Assembly: GCA_038087875.1 (NCBI GenBank) | Contig: CM075990.1 | Coordinates: 17,114,001 to 17,178,000, forward strand | Direction of reading: 5' to 3' | Source of the DNA: Malacoraja senta | Lineage: Eukaryota | DNA length: 64,000 nt | Shown here: one piece after another, positions 12,993 through 25,829 of the stretch | Position numbering within the stretch: position 1 is the stretch's first letter | How the letters are laid out: every line of letters begins with the position of its first letter | Program-made: the position numbers and the translations under genes | The notes under the pieces: generated by a model | Databases searched by the model: none | Told to the model about the DNA's origin: nothing | What the model saw: only the letters and a program-made list of their open reading frames with translations

Positions 12993-14310
12993 GTAAGTTG
13001 ATGCTTCGAGACACAAGAAACTGCAGATGATGGAGGCTTGAGGAAAGTACTGGAGGAACTCAGCAGGTCAGGCAGCATCTGTAGAGGAACAGATATATTT
13101 TCTTTATTCTAAGAGATCACTTCAAAATCATTGAAGAAATATACACCTTTCCATCAGATTATAACCCCCAACCCCACACACCGATTATACCAGACTGACG
13201 GAGGGATGTCATCTGTCCATACCTTCCGCAGATGCTGCCTGACCTATTGAGTTCTTCCACAACTTTGTGTTTCATGCAATTAAATGATGGCCTGTTTTTA
13301 CCTTATTACTTGAATAAATTATGTTGGTGTGTATAATGAAGGAGCAGGAAATGGCCCTCACTGTTCTGATTGATTGTAACCATGGAAAATCAGCCCATGA
13401 AATTCTGAACTAAGTCATGAAAGGTGTTCAACATGGACTGGTTGGTAAATGACTGCTGTAGGAGTTTAAAGGATGGCTTAGGTGAAGTGCTTAAACTTAT
13501 ACTGTGCAGTATTAGCAGGCTACACAGTAAAGAAACAGGCCCTTCAGCCCACCTCCTGCATGCTGGTCAAGTTTCCAGATCGAGACATTCGGACACTTAG
13601 ATAGAGAGATACAGTGTGGAAACAAGCCCTTTGGCTCAACGCCCACATAGACCAACATACTACATCTACACTGGTCAAACCTGCCTGCGTTTGGCCCATA
13701 AATCTCTTTGTAATGAAACTGATAATTTAAAATTAAAGAGCATAAAAGCTAACATTCTAAAAAATTGAATATATTGTTTTAAACTTTGTCAAGGTAGCGA
13801 TACGCTGAACTGGTGCGTTCCGTCACAATAATTAAAAAACACTGCTCTCTAGTAATGATGCCTCCATCAATGTATCCCCCCCCCTCCCTAACGCCCCCAC
13901 CCTCAACCACCCCCCACCCACCCAACCCCCCCCCCCCCACCGCCAACACTTCTGTTTTGGTTTTGTGTCCAATCAATTTTTAATTTAATAAGCTAATAAT
14001 TAAAAACTCGATAATCAGCAGAGGTTAAAAATTCTTCTTCTTTTTGTGTCCATCTTCCATGTTACAAATGTTGACATCGCTGTCATCGTCCGTCCTGAAA
14101 AGGACGCAAGCTTCCGGCGACAATCAGTGGGAGTCATCACTTGTTGCAATAGATGATGATGGCAGCAGAATTAGCTCAGGATACTTCCAGTTTCCAGCCC
14201 CGCGATATGGAAGCTTCTGCTATGGGGCCAGGTTAAATATTAAATATATTGTTTAATATATTTTACATCAATATATCTACTAACTGTTGGACTGGTCTCT
14301 CTGTCCTCAG

Positions 14311-14497
14311 GTGATGGTAAACCTGTGCACCCAGATGTCGGCTGTTGAGGCAATGATACAGAATGATGGTCTTGGACATCTCATTATGACGGTGGTCTCC
14401 CAATGGGACTTATGTTCTTCCTGGAGAAAGTACACTGCTCATGTGTTACGGGCAGTCTCAAAGACCCCCACCGAAAATACCGTCAGATACCTCCATG
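14311..14497 (+). CDS. WDFY4: WDFY4 coding exon 5
   Basis: VMVNLCTQ...HVLRAVSKTPTENTVRYLH|GTGGGT. Confidence 0.88.
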
Positions 14498-15300
14498 GTG
14501 GGTATCATCCCGTGTTCTGCTCTTTTCCTCCAGAATTTATTCCACAGATAAAAATTGCAGTTCTAATGTTTAATTTAGTTTAGAGATACAGCATGGAAAC
14601 AGGCCCTTCAGCCCATCGAGTCCGCGTTGACCAGTGATCAATCCTGCACACTAGGAAACTCGCATGTCTTTGGGATGTGGCAGGAAACTGGAGCACCCGG
14701 AGAAAATCCATGTTGGCCACAGGGAGAACGTGCAAACTCCTCTCAGACAGCACCTGTGGTCAGGATCGAACCCGGGTCTCTGGAGCTGTGAGGCAGCAAC
14801 TCTACCGCTGAGCCACTATCCTAAAGTATAATTGTGCATCTGTTATATCTAATTGTTATCTAGCAGCAGAGGCTGGATGAGCTTGGATTGCTTGTTCTGG
14901 AATGCCAGGGGTTGAGGGGAGAGATCTGAGAGAAGTATATAAAATTATGAGAGGCATAGATAGGGTAGACAGTGAGAACCTTCTTCCCATCATAGAAAAA
15001 ATGAATACTAGGCAGCATAACTTTAAGACGAGAGAGGCAAAGTTTATAGGAGGTGTGTGAGGCAGGATTGTTCCACAGAGGGTGGTGAGTGTCTGGAACG
15101 CGCTGTCAGGGGTGGTGGGGGAGGCAGATACGATATTGGTGTTTCAGAAACCCCTTGGCATGGAATGGAAGGATATAGCTTACGTGCAGGCAGATGAGAG
15201 TTGGTCTTGTTTAGCTCAGACATTGTGGGCCGAAGGGCCTGATCTTGTTGTGCTGTACTGTACCATGTTCATGTTCTATGTTCTATATATTTGTTTCCAG

Positions 15301-15490
15301 ACAACAGCTACATGAAGTGCTGCATTGAATGTTTATCGGCGATGGCAGGCAGATCCTCCGTCTATGTGGCAGCTCAAGCAGCAGTCAACGTCTTCTGCTT
15401 CGTGAACGATTCCTATCGGGTTTCTGGAGAGTTGCTCGCTGACTTTGAAAAGAATGAGGGATACGAACTGCTGACTATGCTGCTGCTTGG
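15301..15490 (+). CDS. WDFY4: WDFY4 coding exon 6 (GC donor)
   Basis: NSYMKCCIE...FVNDSYRVSGELLADFEKNEGYELL; ends GG|GCAAGT, phase 2, as the next exon requires. Confidence 0.85.
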
Positions 15491-16678
15491 GCAAGTATAA
15501 TCATCTCTCGAAGCCCAGAGAGGGGGCATGAAAAATTAGTACGGGTACCATTGATTAGTACGGGTGTCAGGGGTTATGGGGAGAAGGCAGGAGAATGGGA
15601 TTAAGGAGAACCCCTCCTCCCCCCTTCCCAACCACCCCCCCCCCCCCACCCAATCTTTGCACATTCCCATTTCATAGAACACAAAGTGCTGGAGTGGCTC
15701 AGAGGGTCAGGCAGCATCTGTGGAGGACATGCCTACGTCTTCTTCTTCTTGGGTGAAGGGAGATTGCAACCTTCACGTGGTCCACCCTGTTTCGACGAAT
15801 GCAATCAACCCGGCGTGCACAATCACATAAGATCAAATAGAACAAGTTGTCCTACAGCTTTAGGCTGTGCACGCCATACGTAAGAAGAAGAAGAAGAAGA
15901 AATATGTACCAGGAACAATAAAATCCTTACTTGTTGCAGTTTTACAGGCCCATTAACAAAACAAATAAAGATCCAATTATCAATAATACAATAAACTGAA
16001 GAAGTGTCTCGACCCGAAACCTCACCCACTTCTTTTCTCCAAAGATGCTGCCTGAGCCGCTGAGTTACTCCAGCTTTTCGTGTCTATCTTCGGTTTAAAC
16101 CAGCATCTGCAGTTCCTTCTTACACATAAACTATGCATAAAATGGGGTGACTTAACATGTTTTCACTTCCCTGTTCTCAGTCTCTTGTCTGTTGAGTCAC
16201 ATCTCGTCGCGTTCATACAGAAACCTTTCAGATGTGACGATGGATTTTGTACCCATTATCCTTTCTTGGCATAGTTTTGGTTAGTTTAGGGATACAGTGA
16301 GTAAGCAGGCCCTTCAACCCACTGAGTCCGTGCTGACCTACAATCAACCATTCTCACTAGTTCCACCCTACACACTAGGGGCAATTTACAGAAGCCAATT
16401 CAGCTTCAAACCTGCACGTGTTTGGAATGTGGGAGAAAACCGGACAACCTCGAGAAAACCTACGCGGTCACAGAGAGAACGTGCAAACTCCACACAGACA
16501 GTACCCGAGGTCAGGATTGAACCTAGGTCTGTGGGGCGGAAAGACAGCAGCTCTACCCGCTGTGCCCCTCACTGGCAGACCCTATCCAAAATATTTTTTA
16601 CTACTTCTCGGTTCATTTTTGTATATTGAAATAATTGTCAGTCCTCAATTAAACTAGGGGTAACACAGTGGCAACTAG

Positions 16679-16815
16679 GGGGTGGGAGATTGCAACATTC
16701 ACGTGGTCCGCCCTGTTTCGACTAATGCAATCAACTTGACGTGCACAAACGGAAGATCAAATAGAACAAGTTGTCCAACAACTTTAGGCTGTGCACGCCA
16801 CACGAAAGAAGAAGA
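16679..16815 (+). mobile_element. 137-bp (GAA)n-tailed retroposon with 12-bp target duplication
   Basis: agtggcaactag at 16667-16678 and 16816-16827; second copy at ~15757-15901. Confidence 0.75.
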
Positions 16816-17153
16816 AGTGGCAACTAGCAAAGCCGCTACCATGTAACTCCCACGACCCAGGTTCGATCCTGACCTCCGATGCTGTCTGCGGGGAGTTTGA
16901 ACGTTCTCCCTGTGACCGCGTGGCATTTTGCTCCGGGTGCTCTGGTTCCTGCTCACATTCCAAAGACTTGCAAGTTTGTAGGTTAATTGCCCCTGGAGTG
17001 TGGATGAGTGGTAGAATCAGGATGGTTGTCGATGGGAATGTGGTCAGGGTGGGGAAGGATTGGGGATAAACAGATGTTTGATGGTCACCGCAGATTTAAG
17101 GGTCTGTTTCTGCGCTGCATCTCTTTACCACTTAAACCTCCTTCCCTCTTCAG

Positions 17154-17314
17154 GTTTGATAAAGAACTAGAAAAGGAAGAAGAGAAGTCTTTGGAAGAAC
17201 TAGTTGACTTTTTGAGTTCACTCACGACCTATGGAGAGAAGGAACTAAAGGTGATGCCCTCTGTTACAGGCTCCCAGTTCCCAGGATTTCAGTTTCAACA
17301 ACCACCAATGTCAG
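17154..17314 (+). CDS. WDFY4: WDFY4 coding exon 7
   Basis: FDKELEKEEEKSLEELV...LTTYGEKELKV...PPMS|GTAATT. Confidence 0.9.
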
Positions 17315-17737
17315 GTAATTGCGATATCACTTTCAGTTTGGTAGCTGTCGTCAGTGTTACTCATTGATTGCAACTTTAAGGCTCTGACATCTTATAGAAA
17401 CATATAACATTCTTAAGGGATTGGACAGGCTAAAAGGCAGGAAAATATGTTCCCGGTGTTGGGGGAGTCCAGAACCAGGGGCCACACACAGTTTAAGAAT
17501 AAGGGGTAGGCCATTTAGGACTGAAATACGGAAAAACCTTTTCAACCAGAGTTGTGAATCTGTAGAATTCTCTGCCACAGAAGGCAATGGTGGCCGATTC
17601 ACTGGATGTATTCATGAGAGAGTTGGATATAGCTCTTAGGGCTAACGGAATCAAATGATATGGGGAGAAAGCAGGAACTCTCCATGACTCAAGGACTCTC
17701 CATGACTCTAACCTATCCCATCTGTTTCAACCTGTAG

Positions 17738-18190
17738 GTACAACAGTGAAAAACCTCCAGGCTTTCAAAGTTTTGCAAACAGTGTTTCTAAATTCTAATT
17801 GTTCCCACGTCTCATCAATCGTCTTGGACCGAATCCGAAAGATCTGGATCTGGAACAAAGCCAACTTTTTCCTTCTGGAATGGACGCAGCAAGTATTCTT
17901 TCAGTTTGCTGAGGCCATATACCTCAAGTCAGAGGCCGTGCAGACTCAGTACTTTCAAATGCTGCGTTTTGTTGTGTTTGATCTGTCCTACATACCCCAT
18001 GACGTATTTTCAAGAGTTCAGGCCGTCATTCGAGAGAACCTCTCTCCGGTGTGTGCCTTGCTGGCTCTGGAATGTGTCCTGGACATTTCCAATTATGACC
18101 CTCTCCTCTCCATCGTGTTCCGGGAAACTCGGCTGCTGGAGATGCTCCTCACGCAGCTTCAACGGCACGCAAAGATGCTGAGGAAAGCAG
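17738..18190 (+). CDS. WDFY4: WDFY4 coding exon 8
   Basis: TTVKNLQAFKVLQ...NFFLLEWT...AKMLRKA|GTGAGT. Confidence 0.93.
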
Positions 18191-18275
18191 GTGAGTGTGG
18201 ACCCCACCGCCCACCTCCATAACATCAGCGCCCCAACACTCACACACATCCATGTTGGACATTAGTTTCACAATA

Positions 18276-18578
18276 CGGCACAGTGGCGCAGCGGTAGAGT
18301 TGCTGCCCTACAGCGCCAGAGACCCGCCGCGTTCAATCCTGACCTTGGGTGCTGTCTGTGTGGAGTTTGCACGTTCCCCTTGTGACCCTGCGGGTTTTCC
18401 CCGAGATCTTCGGTTTCCTCCCACATTTCTAAAGACGTGCGGGTTTGTAGGTTAATTGGCTTCTGTACATTGTTCCCTAGCAGGTAGGTTAGAACTAGTG
18501 TACAGGGTGATCATTGGTCTGCGTGGACTCGGTGGGCCGAAGGGCCTGTTTCCACGCTGTGTCTCTAAATTAACTAAA
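18276..18578 (+). mobile_element. tRNA-derived V-SINE (HE1-like)
   Basis: A-box tggcgcagcgg, B-box-like gttcaatcc, V-domain ctgtgtggagtttgcacgtt, CR1-like tail. Confidence 0.85.
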
Positions 18579-19546
18579 GCCTCATCTTGCTATTGGACAT
18601 TATTAGTAATTAGGTTGTTAAAAGGACCTGGTTGTTTCAATCTCAGAGCCAGTGAGGTTGGTTGCAAGTCCGATCTCAGTTCTAGGTTTGCATCCATAAG
18701 CCTCCAGTACCGGATTTTGGTCGGAAATTAATTTTCTCTTCAGATACTTAGAATCATAGAGTCACACAGCACGGAAACAGGCCCTTCAGCCCAACTTTAG
18801 GTTTAGATTTATTACTGTCCCATTTACTGAGGTACAATGAAAAGCTTTGATTTACGTATATATATCATACGTAAAAACAATCCGTTGAAAGACAAGCACA
18901 ACAGGTAGCGTTTGAACTGATTGTATCTATGTATGGTATCGTCTAAGCTGACCAAGATGTCCCTGTAGCCTGGTCCCACTCTTCTGCATTTGGCCCATAT
19001 CCCTCAATACTAACTAGAAGATGGATATCTGCAGGGCAAGATTGTTGATGTGCCTCCAGAATTGATCAAAAATAATAATACTAAAAAATAATACTAGTTT
19101 TTCATGTTCATAAGTTATAGGAGCAGAATTAGGCCATTCGGCCCATCAACTCTACTCCGTCATTTAATCATGGCTGATCTATCTTTCCCTCTCAACCACA
19201 TTCTCCTGCCTTCTCCCCATAACCCCTGACACCGTCTTAATCAAGAATCTGTCGATCTCCGCCTTAAAAATATCCATTGACTTGGCCCCCACAGCCTTCT
19301 GAGGCAGTGAATGTAAAAAATAGGGGAGAAAGATTTATTTATCTATCATCCTGTTGTTTTGGCATTTGGATGGATCTGTTGGGTGAGCAGAGATAAAGGA
19401 GTCTATATATTGAAAGGTCCAGAAATTCATCGAACCACAGTACACACCTCCATCACCAGAATTAATGTTCTTTTAATTTCGTTTTATTGAATAGCCAAGG
19501 ATTCTTATTTGCTCTTTCACGTATTTATTTCCTGTCCAAACTTCAG

Positions 19547-19648
19547 GGAAGAGAGGACCTTCAGACGAACCTCAACACCAGAAAGAGGCCTTAAGTTTGA
19601 TGTTAAAAGTTGTGGCAGTTATGCTGCAAGGCTCCGTGAAAAACATTG
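19547..19648 (+). CDS. WDFY4: WDFY4 coding exon 9
   Basis: KRGPSDEPQHQKEALSLMLKVVAVMLQGSVKNI|GTAAGT. Confidence 0.88.
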
Positions 19649-20487
19649 GTAAGTCCCAGGAGCTGGAGCCACACTGCCCATCGTTTCATGCTTTATCTCA
19701 CTTTTTCTGAATTGTTTTGTCTATGCTTCATCAGTTCATCAGTTCTAGGAGCAGAATTAGGTCATTCGGCCCATCAAGTCTACTCCACCATTCAATCACG
19801 GCTGATCGATCTCACCCTCCTCACCCCATTCTCCTGCCTTCTCCCCGTAACCCCTGACACCCGTACTGACCAAATTTGCTTGGACATACTTGTTCGAATC
19901 CTGAACAGAGGTGCTGATGTTGTTCGTTTGCCGTTCCTTACTGCCTGTAGTCCCTTGCCCGCTGAAACGTTCCATCTTTATGTCGGTAATCACTCTCTGC
20001 CTCAAGAGTGAACGCCACAACTGAAGTCAGTCTGATCTTCATAGTTTAGTTTATGAGTTCAGTTTATTATTGTCACGTGTACTGAGGTACAGAGATAAGC
20101 TTTTGTTGCGCGTTAACCAGTCAATAGGGCTCTTCAAGATAGAGGAGTCAGGGGATATGGGGAGAAGGCAGGAACGGGGTACTGATTGGGGATGATCAGC
20201 CATGATCACATTGAATGGCGGTGCTAGCTCAAAGGGCCGAATGGCCTATTCCTGAACCTATTGTTTATTGTCTATTGCCTAATAGAAAGACAATACGTGA
20301 TTAAAATTGAGACACTTACAGCATAGAGATACATGATAAGGGAATAACGTTTAGTGCAAGGTAAAGCCAGCAATCTTTGATGAAGGATAGTCCGAAGGTC
20401 ACCAAAGAGGGAGATAGTAGTTCACTGCTCTCTGGTTGTGGTCGGATGGTTCAGTTGCCTGAGGTCAGCTTCTCTCTCTCGGATCAG

Positions 20488-20678
20488 TGATTCTTCGAGA
20501 AAATGGGATGATCCCCTACATCAAGATCTTCCTTGATGACAAGTGTTACCGCAGCCATGCCCTGGCCATCTTGGAGCAGCTCTTCATCGTGAATGCGGAG
20601 GAGTACATGCGTGTTGTCATCGGGGTGCTGTGCTCAGCCACGCGGGGAGAATTCATGCTGAAATTTGACCTTCTGCAG
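20488..20678 (+). CDS. WDFY4: WDFY4 coding exon 10
   Basis: ILRENGMIPYIKIFLDDKCY...LKFDLLQ|GTAATG. Confidence 0.92.
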
Positions 20679-22826
20679 GTAATGCTGATTATTCAATTGT
20701 CTATTTTTCAGTTTGTGAAGCATGAGGAAAATGTTTTTGTTCTCTCTGCTTCAGTGAGATTCACCACTTAAGAGTAAATTTCCCAAGTGAAAAGGAAGAT
20801 TAAGACAAGATACAGCATGGAAACAGACCCTTCGGCCCATCAAGTCCATGCCAATCATCGATCACCCATTCACACTAATTCTATGTTATCCCACATTCAT
20901 GTCCATTCCCTACATACAAGGCAATTTACAACTGACAGGGGCCAATTAACCTACAAACCTGCTCGTCTTTGGGATGTGGGAGGAAACCGGAGCACCCGGA
21001 CAGAAACCATGTGGTTACAGGGAGAGCATGCAAACTCCACTCAGCCAGCACCCGAAGTGAGGATCGAACCCGAGTCTCTGGCGCTGTGAGGCAGCAGCTC
21101 TACCAGCTGAGCCACCCTGCCACCCATCACTTTATTTTTTGCCCAGCGATAGTTGATCATCTTTGCAGCCGACATAAAAGATTGTATGTTCAGAATGAGT
21201 AAATTAAATTAATTGTATCCATTTTAAGCATGGATACATCATTAAAGTGATCCATAATTATATCCATATAGAATATTTATGTGGTTAAACTGATATATTA
21301 AGCTAAATCTTGTGTGTGCATCTAATTTAGACAAATTGTGAAGCAGTCACAAAATAATAAGGAACTGAATTTATTATTTGTGCCCCTCAGGATTCTTATT
21401 ATGTTACTCACAAATTCAGATTGATTTGCTAATATATATTTAGCTGGTAACCCAAAATAAATGTCATTATATCACCACACTATGAGGATGACACGTTGAA
21501 AATTGTACACTATATTAAATTACCGAATGGGAGGTAAATTTGCTTATGTGTAACTCAGTTTGTGTTTTATAGATTGAGGTTCAAGGAATATTAAGTCACC
21601 AGGGATTAACCTTGTAACCATGTTAAAGATTGCATCAATAAGGTTATGCAAAGCCCTCCCCTGGAAGATGTCAAAGCTATTTGCTTTACTTCCATTTAGT
21701 TTTTTTTATTTATGTTCTCTTTGTAACCTCATGAACACTTGAGTGACAATAATGCAGTGTTTATAACAGATCCTAGTTTGACATGGTATCTGGCCTGTAA
21801 GCTCAAGCTTTGATTTTGCATGTAGATTCGCATCAATGAAGTATTCCAACGTCTTATTCAGAATTCAGTTCAGTTTATTGTCACGTGTGCCGAGGTACAG
21901 TGAAAAGCTTTTTGTTGCGTGCTAACCAGTCAGCAGAAAGACAATACATGATTACAATCGATCCATTTACAGTGTACAGATACATGATAAAGGAATAACG
22001 TTTAGTGCAAGGTAAAGTGCATGTATAGGGAGGAACCCAAAATGTCACCCATCCTTTTTCTCCAGAGATGCTGCCTGACCCACTGAGTTACTCCAGCACT
22101 TTGCGTCCATCTTTGCTACCTTAAGATCATTTATCCCAGGACTAGGTCTAGATCTTTATAGATCAGTGGGTCAGGCATCGTCTGTGGGGAACATGGATAG
22201 ATGATGACTTGGGTACGGGATCCCATTTCAGTCTGAAGAAGGGTACCAACCCAAAATATCATCTTTACGTGTTCTCCAGAGATGCTGCCTGACCCGCTGA
22301 GTTATTCCAGCACTTTGTATCTTATTTTGTAAACCAGCATCTGCAGTTCCTTGTGTCTGGATCTTTACAGGTTGGACCTGACCTGCTCACCACTGAGCTC
22401 CTGATGGAAGTTCACACTTGTCTTGTCTGGTGTTGGCAGCAGATGTCCCAGTGAGCCTCCAGTTGACAACAAATGCTCTGCTTATCAATGGGTCACTGGT
22501 GGCATGGGGAGTGTGTAGGAGTGGGGGGGGGTGGTTGGGGGGGGGTGGTTGGGGGGGGGGTGAGAATGGAGGGATGTTAAATTGACCTCTGCTCACAGGT
22601 GCAGGAAAAGCGGGCTTGGTGGGCCACAGGGTTTGTTTCCACGCTGTCTCTCTAAAGTCTGAAGTAAAGGTCTTATTTTAAAACGGTTTTATTATCCATT
22701 AAGATTTGCTGAAGATTTAGTATCATTCTATTCTCTGATTTAAAAAAGCATCCAAACGTTTTGTGTACATGGGAATTGCACGTGAGTGCGTTAACCCTCT
22801 TCCACTCTGATCTTCTTCCGCTGCAG

Positions 22827-23434
22827 TCTATGTTGAATGTTTTGGGAACAGCAAAGGCTTCGTCTGCTTTCAGGATGGCCGGTGGATTCAACGCCTTGCA
22901 GTCAGTGTTGGCGGACATGGAAGGAGCGCTGTGTGACCCCCCCTCAGGCCAGTGGGTCTCTGTGGATCTGACCGACATCTGGGACCTGATCGAGATGACC
23001 CTCGACACTCTCACTGTTGCCATGCACTCTGACCCCGTCAACAGCTACTTCTTCAGAGCGCAGGGCCACTTTGACAAAATGACCGATGACTTCAGGCTCT
23101 TCGGGTGCTTCAGCAGCGGAGGGGAACGCTTATGCCATCCCCTGGACGTCAGTGCCTGCAGAAAGTTTAAGGCGTGGCTGGACTTGGCGTACAATCCCAC
23201 CGAGGACGTTCCACCCTCTTTGAGGAGTTGTGTGAAGATATTTGGATTTCTGGATCGAATGGCGAAAGACATATTGTCTTCTCCTCATTGGCCTTCAGGG
23301 ACATTTCATCCTCCAAATCCCAGTCGATCGAGCAACCAAAGAGACATTGAACTTCTCTCTAGAAGTCACCAAAATATATCTGACGCCAGTGAAAAGAATC
23401 CCGAGCCACCGACTGCCGGTCATGGTGAAGATAG
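22827..23434 (+). CDS. WDFY4: WDFY4 coding exon 11
   Basis: SMLNVLGTAK...GFNALQSVLADMEG...DPVNSYFFR...GED|GTAGGC. Confidence 0.92.
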
Positions 23435-23566
23435 GTAGGCACCTCATGTTCATCAAAGTGCAGTCTGTAGTTGAGCGAATGTAGGACCACACACCTGATA
23501 TTAAATCCTCTCCGCTACTCCCTACTTCTGATCTACTTTATTTTTAGTCATGTTACATAAGATTGT

Positions 23567-23791
23567 GTCATGGGCCTAGTCTCCGCGATGTCTTCCCGAC
23601 ACTTCCATGCAGCCAGACTGACCATTGCACCGTCCTTCACCCAGTTTGACATGTCCATCATTGGGCACGGGTAGGAGACATTGATAGAGAACCCCTGAGT
23701 CTGAAGAAGGGTCTCGACCCGAAACGTCACCCATTCCTTCTCTCCAGAGATGCTGCCTGTCCCGCTGAGTTACTCCAGCATTTTGTGTCTA
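23567..23791 (+). pseudogene. Intronic partial copy of exon 15 plus its donor and the adjacent repeat
   Basis: Aligns without gaps to 28341-28565. Confidence 0.9.
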
Positions 23792-24353
23792 TCTTCTGTA
23801 CAGACAGCATCCGTTGTCAGGATCTAACCCAGGTATCGAACGCTGTAAGGCAACAACTCTGCCATTGTGCTACTGTGCCGTACCCCGGCAGGGCGATGGT
23901 GCATTCTCTTTAGAATGTACTACCCGCCCCCCGCTCCAGCATTCTCTCCCCACCCCCCACCTACAATCAGTCCTGATGTGGAACATCACCTATCCATGTT
24001 CTCCACAGATGCTGCCTGACCCGCTGAGTTACTCCAGCACTCTGTGAAACGTCACCTATCCATGTTCTCCACAGATGCTGCCTGACCCGCTGAGTTACTC
24101 CAGCACTTTGTGCGTTTGTTTGTAAGCCAGCATCCGCAGTTCCTTGTACCTACGTGAATCACCGTTGCTGTGTGTGTGTTTGTGGAGTTGAGAATAAGTG
24201 GAATATGTTTGAAAGGGTGCAGTGAGAAGCCAAAGGGTAGCAGCAACATGGATTCATTCTTACTCCCAGCCTCTGGTTTCTCCCACATCTGGTGCTTGGA
24301 TCTGCTGTGCTGTTTAACTCTTTATTCTAACCTTTGTGCTTATGTTTATGAAG

Positions 24354-24444
24354 GTTTCCAGCAGACCCTGTGATTGTTCATCCAGGAGCTATATGTGTCA
24401 TGCTGCATCTCTTACCAAATATTAACTGCAAAGAAATCCCGCAG
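24354..24444 (+). CDS. WDFY4: WDFY4 coding exon 12
   Basis: FPADPVIVHPGAICVMLHLLPNINCKEIPQ|GTATTT. Confidence 0.88.
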
Positions 24445-24534
24445 GTATTTACCATTTTATTATTATTGTCTAATACTAATTCTAATTGTCGACCAATTTT
24501 CCTTTTGGTTTGGTGCCATCAAATTTTCTCCTAA

Positions 24535-24861
24535 TGGGCCTGTCCCACTTGCCGATGTTTCAGGCAACTACCGGCGACTGTCATAGTCGTAGCAGGTCGC
24601 CGTAAAACTGGCGACAACCTGCGTCATCCTGGCGACATCCTACGACAGCACCTACGTCAGGAGAAGTTAAGCTACGCTGATTGGCGTCAAACCCACTGTC
24701 GCCGAAAAATTTTCAACATTGAAAATTTAGCGGCGACCAGAAAGACGCTCCGACCTTTTGCGCTACTGAGGAGACGACTCCCGGCGACCACCGGCGAACA
24801 TGTGGCGACAAACTAGTCGCCTGTAGTTGCCTAAAAAAATCACCTAAGTGGGACAGGCCCA
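24535..24861. mobile_element. MITE, Harbinger/PIF-like, TAA target duplication
   Basis: TAA|TGGGCCTGTCCCACTT ... AAGTGGGACAGGCCCA|TAA. Confidence 0.85.
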
Positions 24862-25829
24862 TAACTCTTTGCAGACGGCTGTACTAAACCACTATGTCTA
24901 AACCAGCTTGTTTGCTAAAAGGAAACTCATCGGTTGGGAAGCCCTGACTTCAGGAGGGTATGGGGCAGGTTTAAGAGCACAATGTTAGTGTTTAAATAGT
25001 TGAATAGCTGGATAGAGTTTCATGAAGTTGTTTTGTGTTATATCTACGCATGGGCAAGGTTATCGGTGTGTGAAGTAGTACGGCAATTAGAAAGGATAGA
25101 AAAAGAAAGGGCGATTTCTTCTGCCGAGGCAGTTACTTTAGTTTAGTTTACTCTACCTTAGAGAGAGACAATGTGGAAACAGGCCCTTCGGCCCACCTAG
25201 TCCGCACCGACCAGCGATCCCTGTACACTAGCACTATCCGACAACCTAGGGACAATGTACAATCTTTAACAAAGCCAATTATCCTACAAGCCTGTAGGTC
25301 TTTGGAGTGTGGGAGGAAACTGGAGCACCCGGGGAAAACTGACCACAGGTGCTGTCTGTACGGTGGTCACGGGGAGAACGTACAAACTCCATACAGACAG
25401 CACCTGTGGTCAGGATTGAACCCGGTCTCTGGCGCTGAAAGGCAGCAACTCTACCGCTGCACCACCATGCTGCTATACTGTGCCACCAGTTCACGTGAAG
25501 ACCATTCAGGACCGCACTCTAGCTGGTGAAAGGGCCATCCAGTTTTCTCATAACAACTCACACTAGTTCTATGTAATACCACTTTCACCTCCACTCCCTA
25601 CACACAATGGACAATTTTACAGAGGCCAACTGACCAAAACACCACGTCTTTGGCATGTGGGAACAAACTGGAGCACCCGGAGGAAACCCACACGGTCACA
25701 GGGGAGAATGTGCAAACTCCACATAGACAGTACATGAGGTCAGCATCGAACCTGGGTCTCTGGCACTGTGCGGCAGCAACTCTACCCACTGTGCCACTGT
25801 GCCGCCCAGCTGTATATCTATCTCTATGA

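Noticed and set aside
13700..14280. AT-rich segment with a long C-run, possibly a transposon remnant
   Set aside because: No termini, duplication or recognisable coding motif found.
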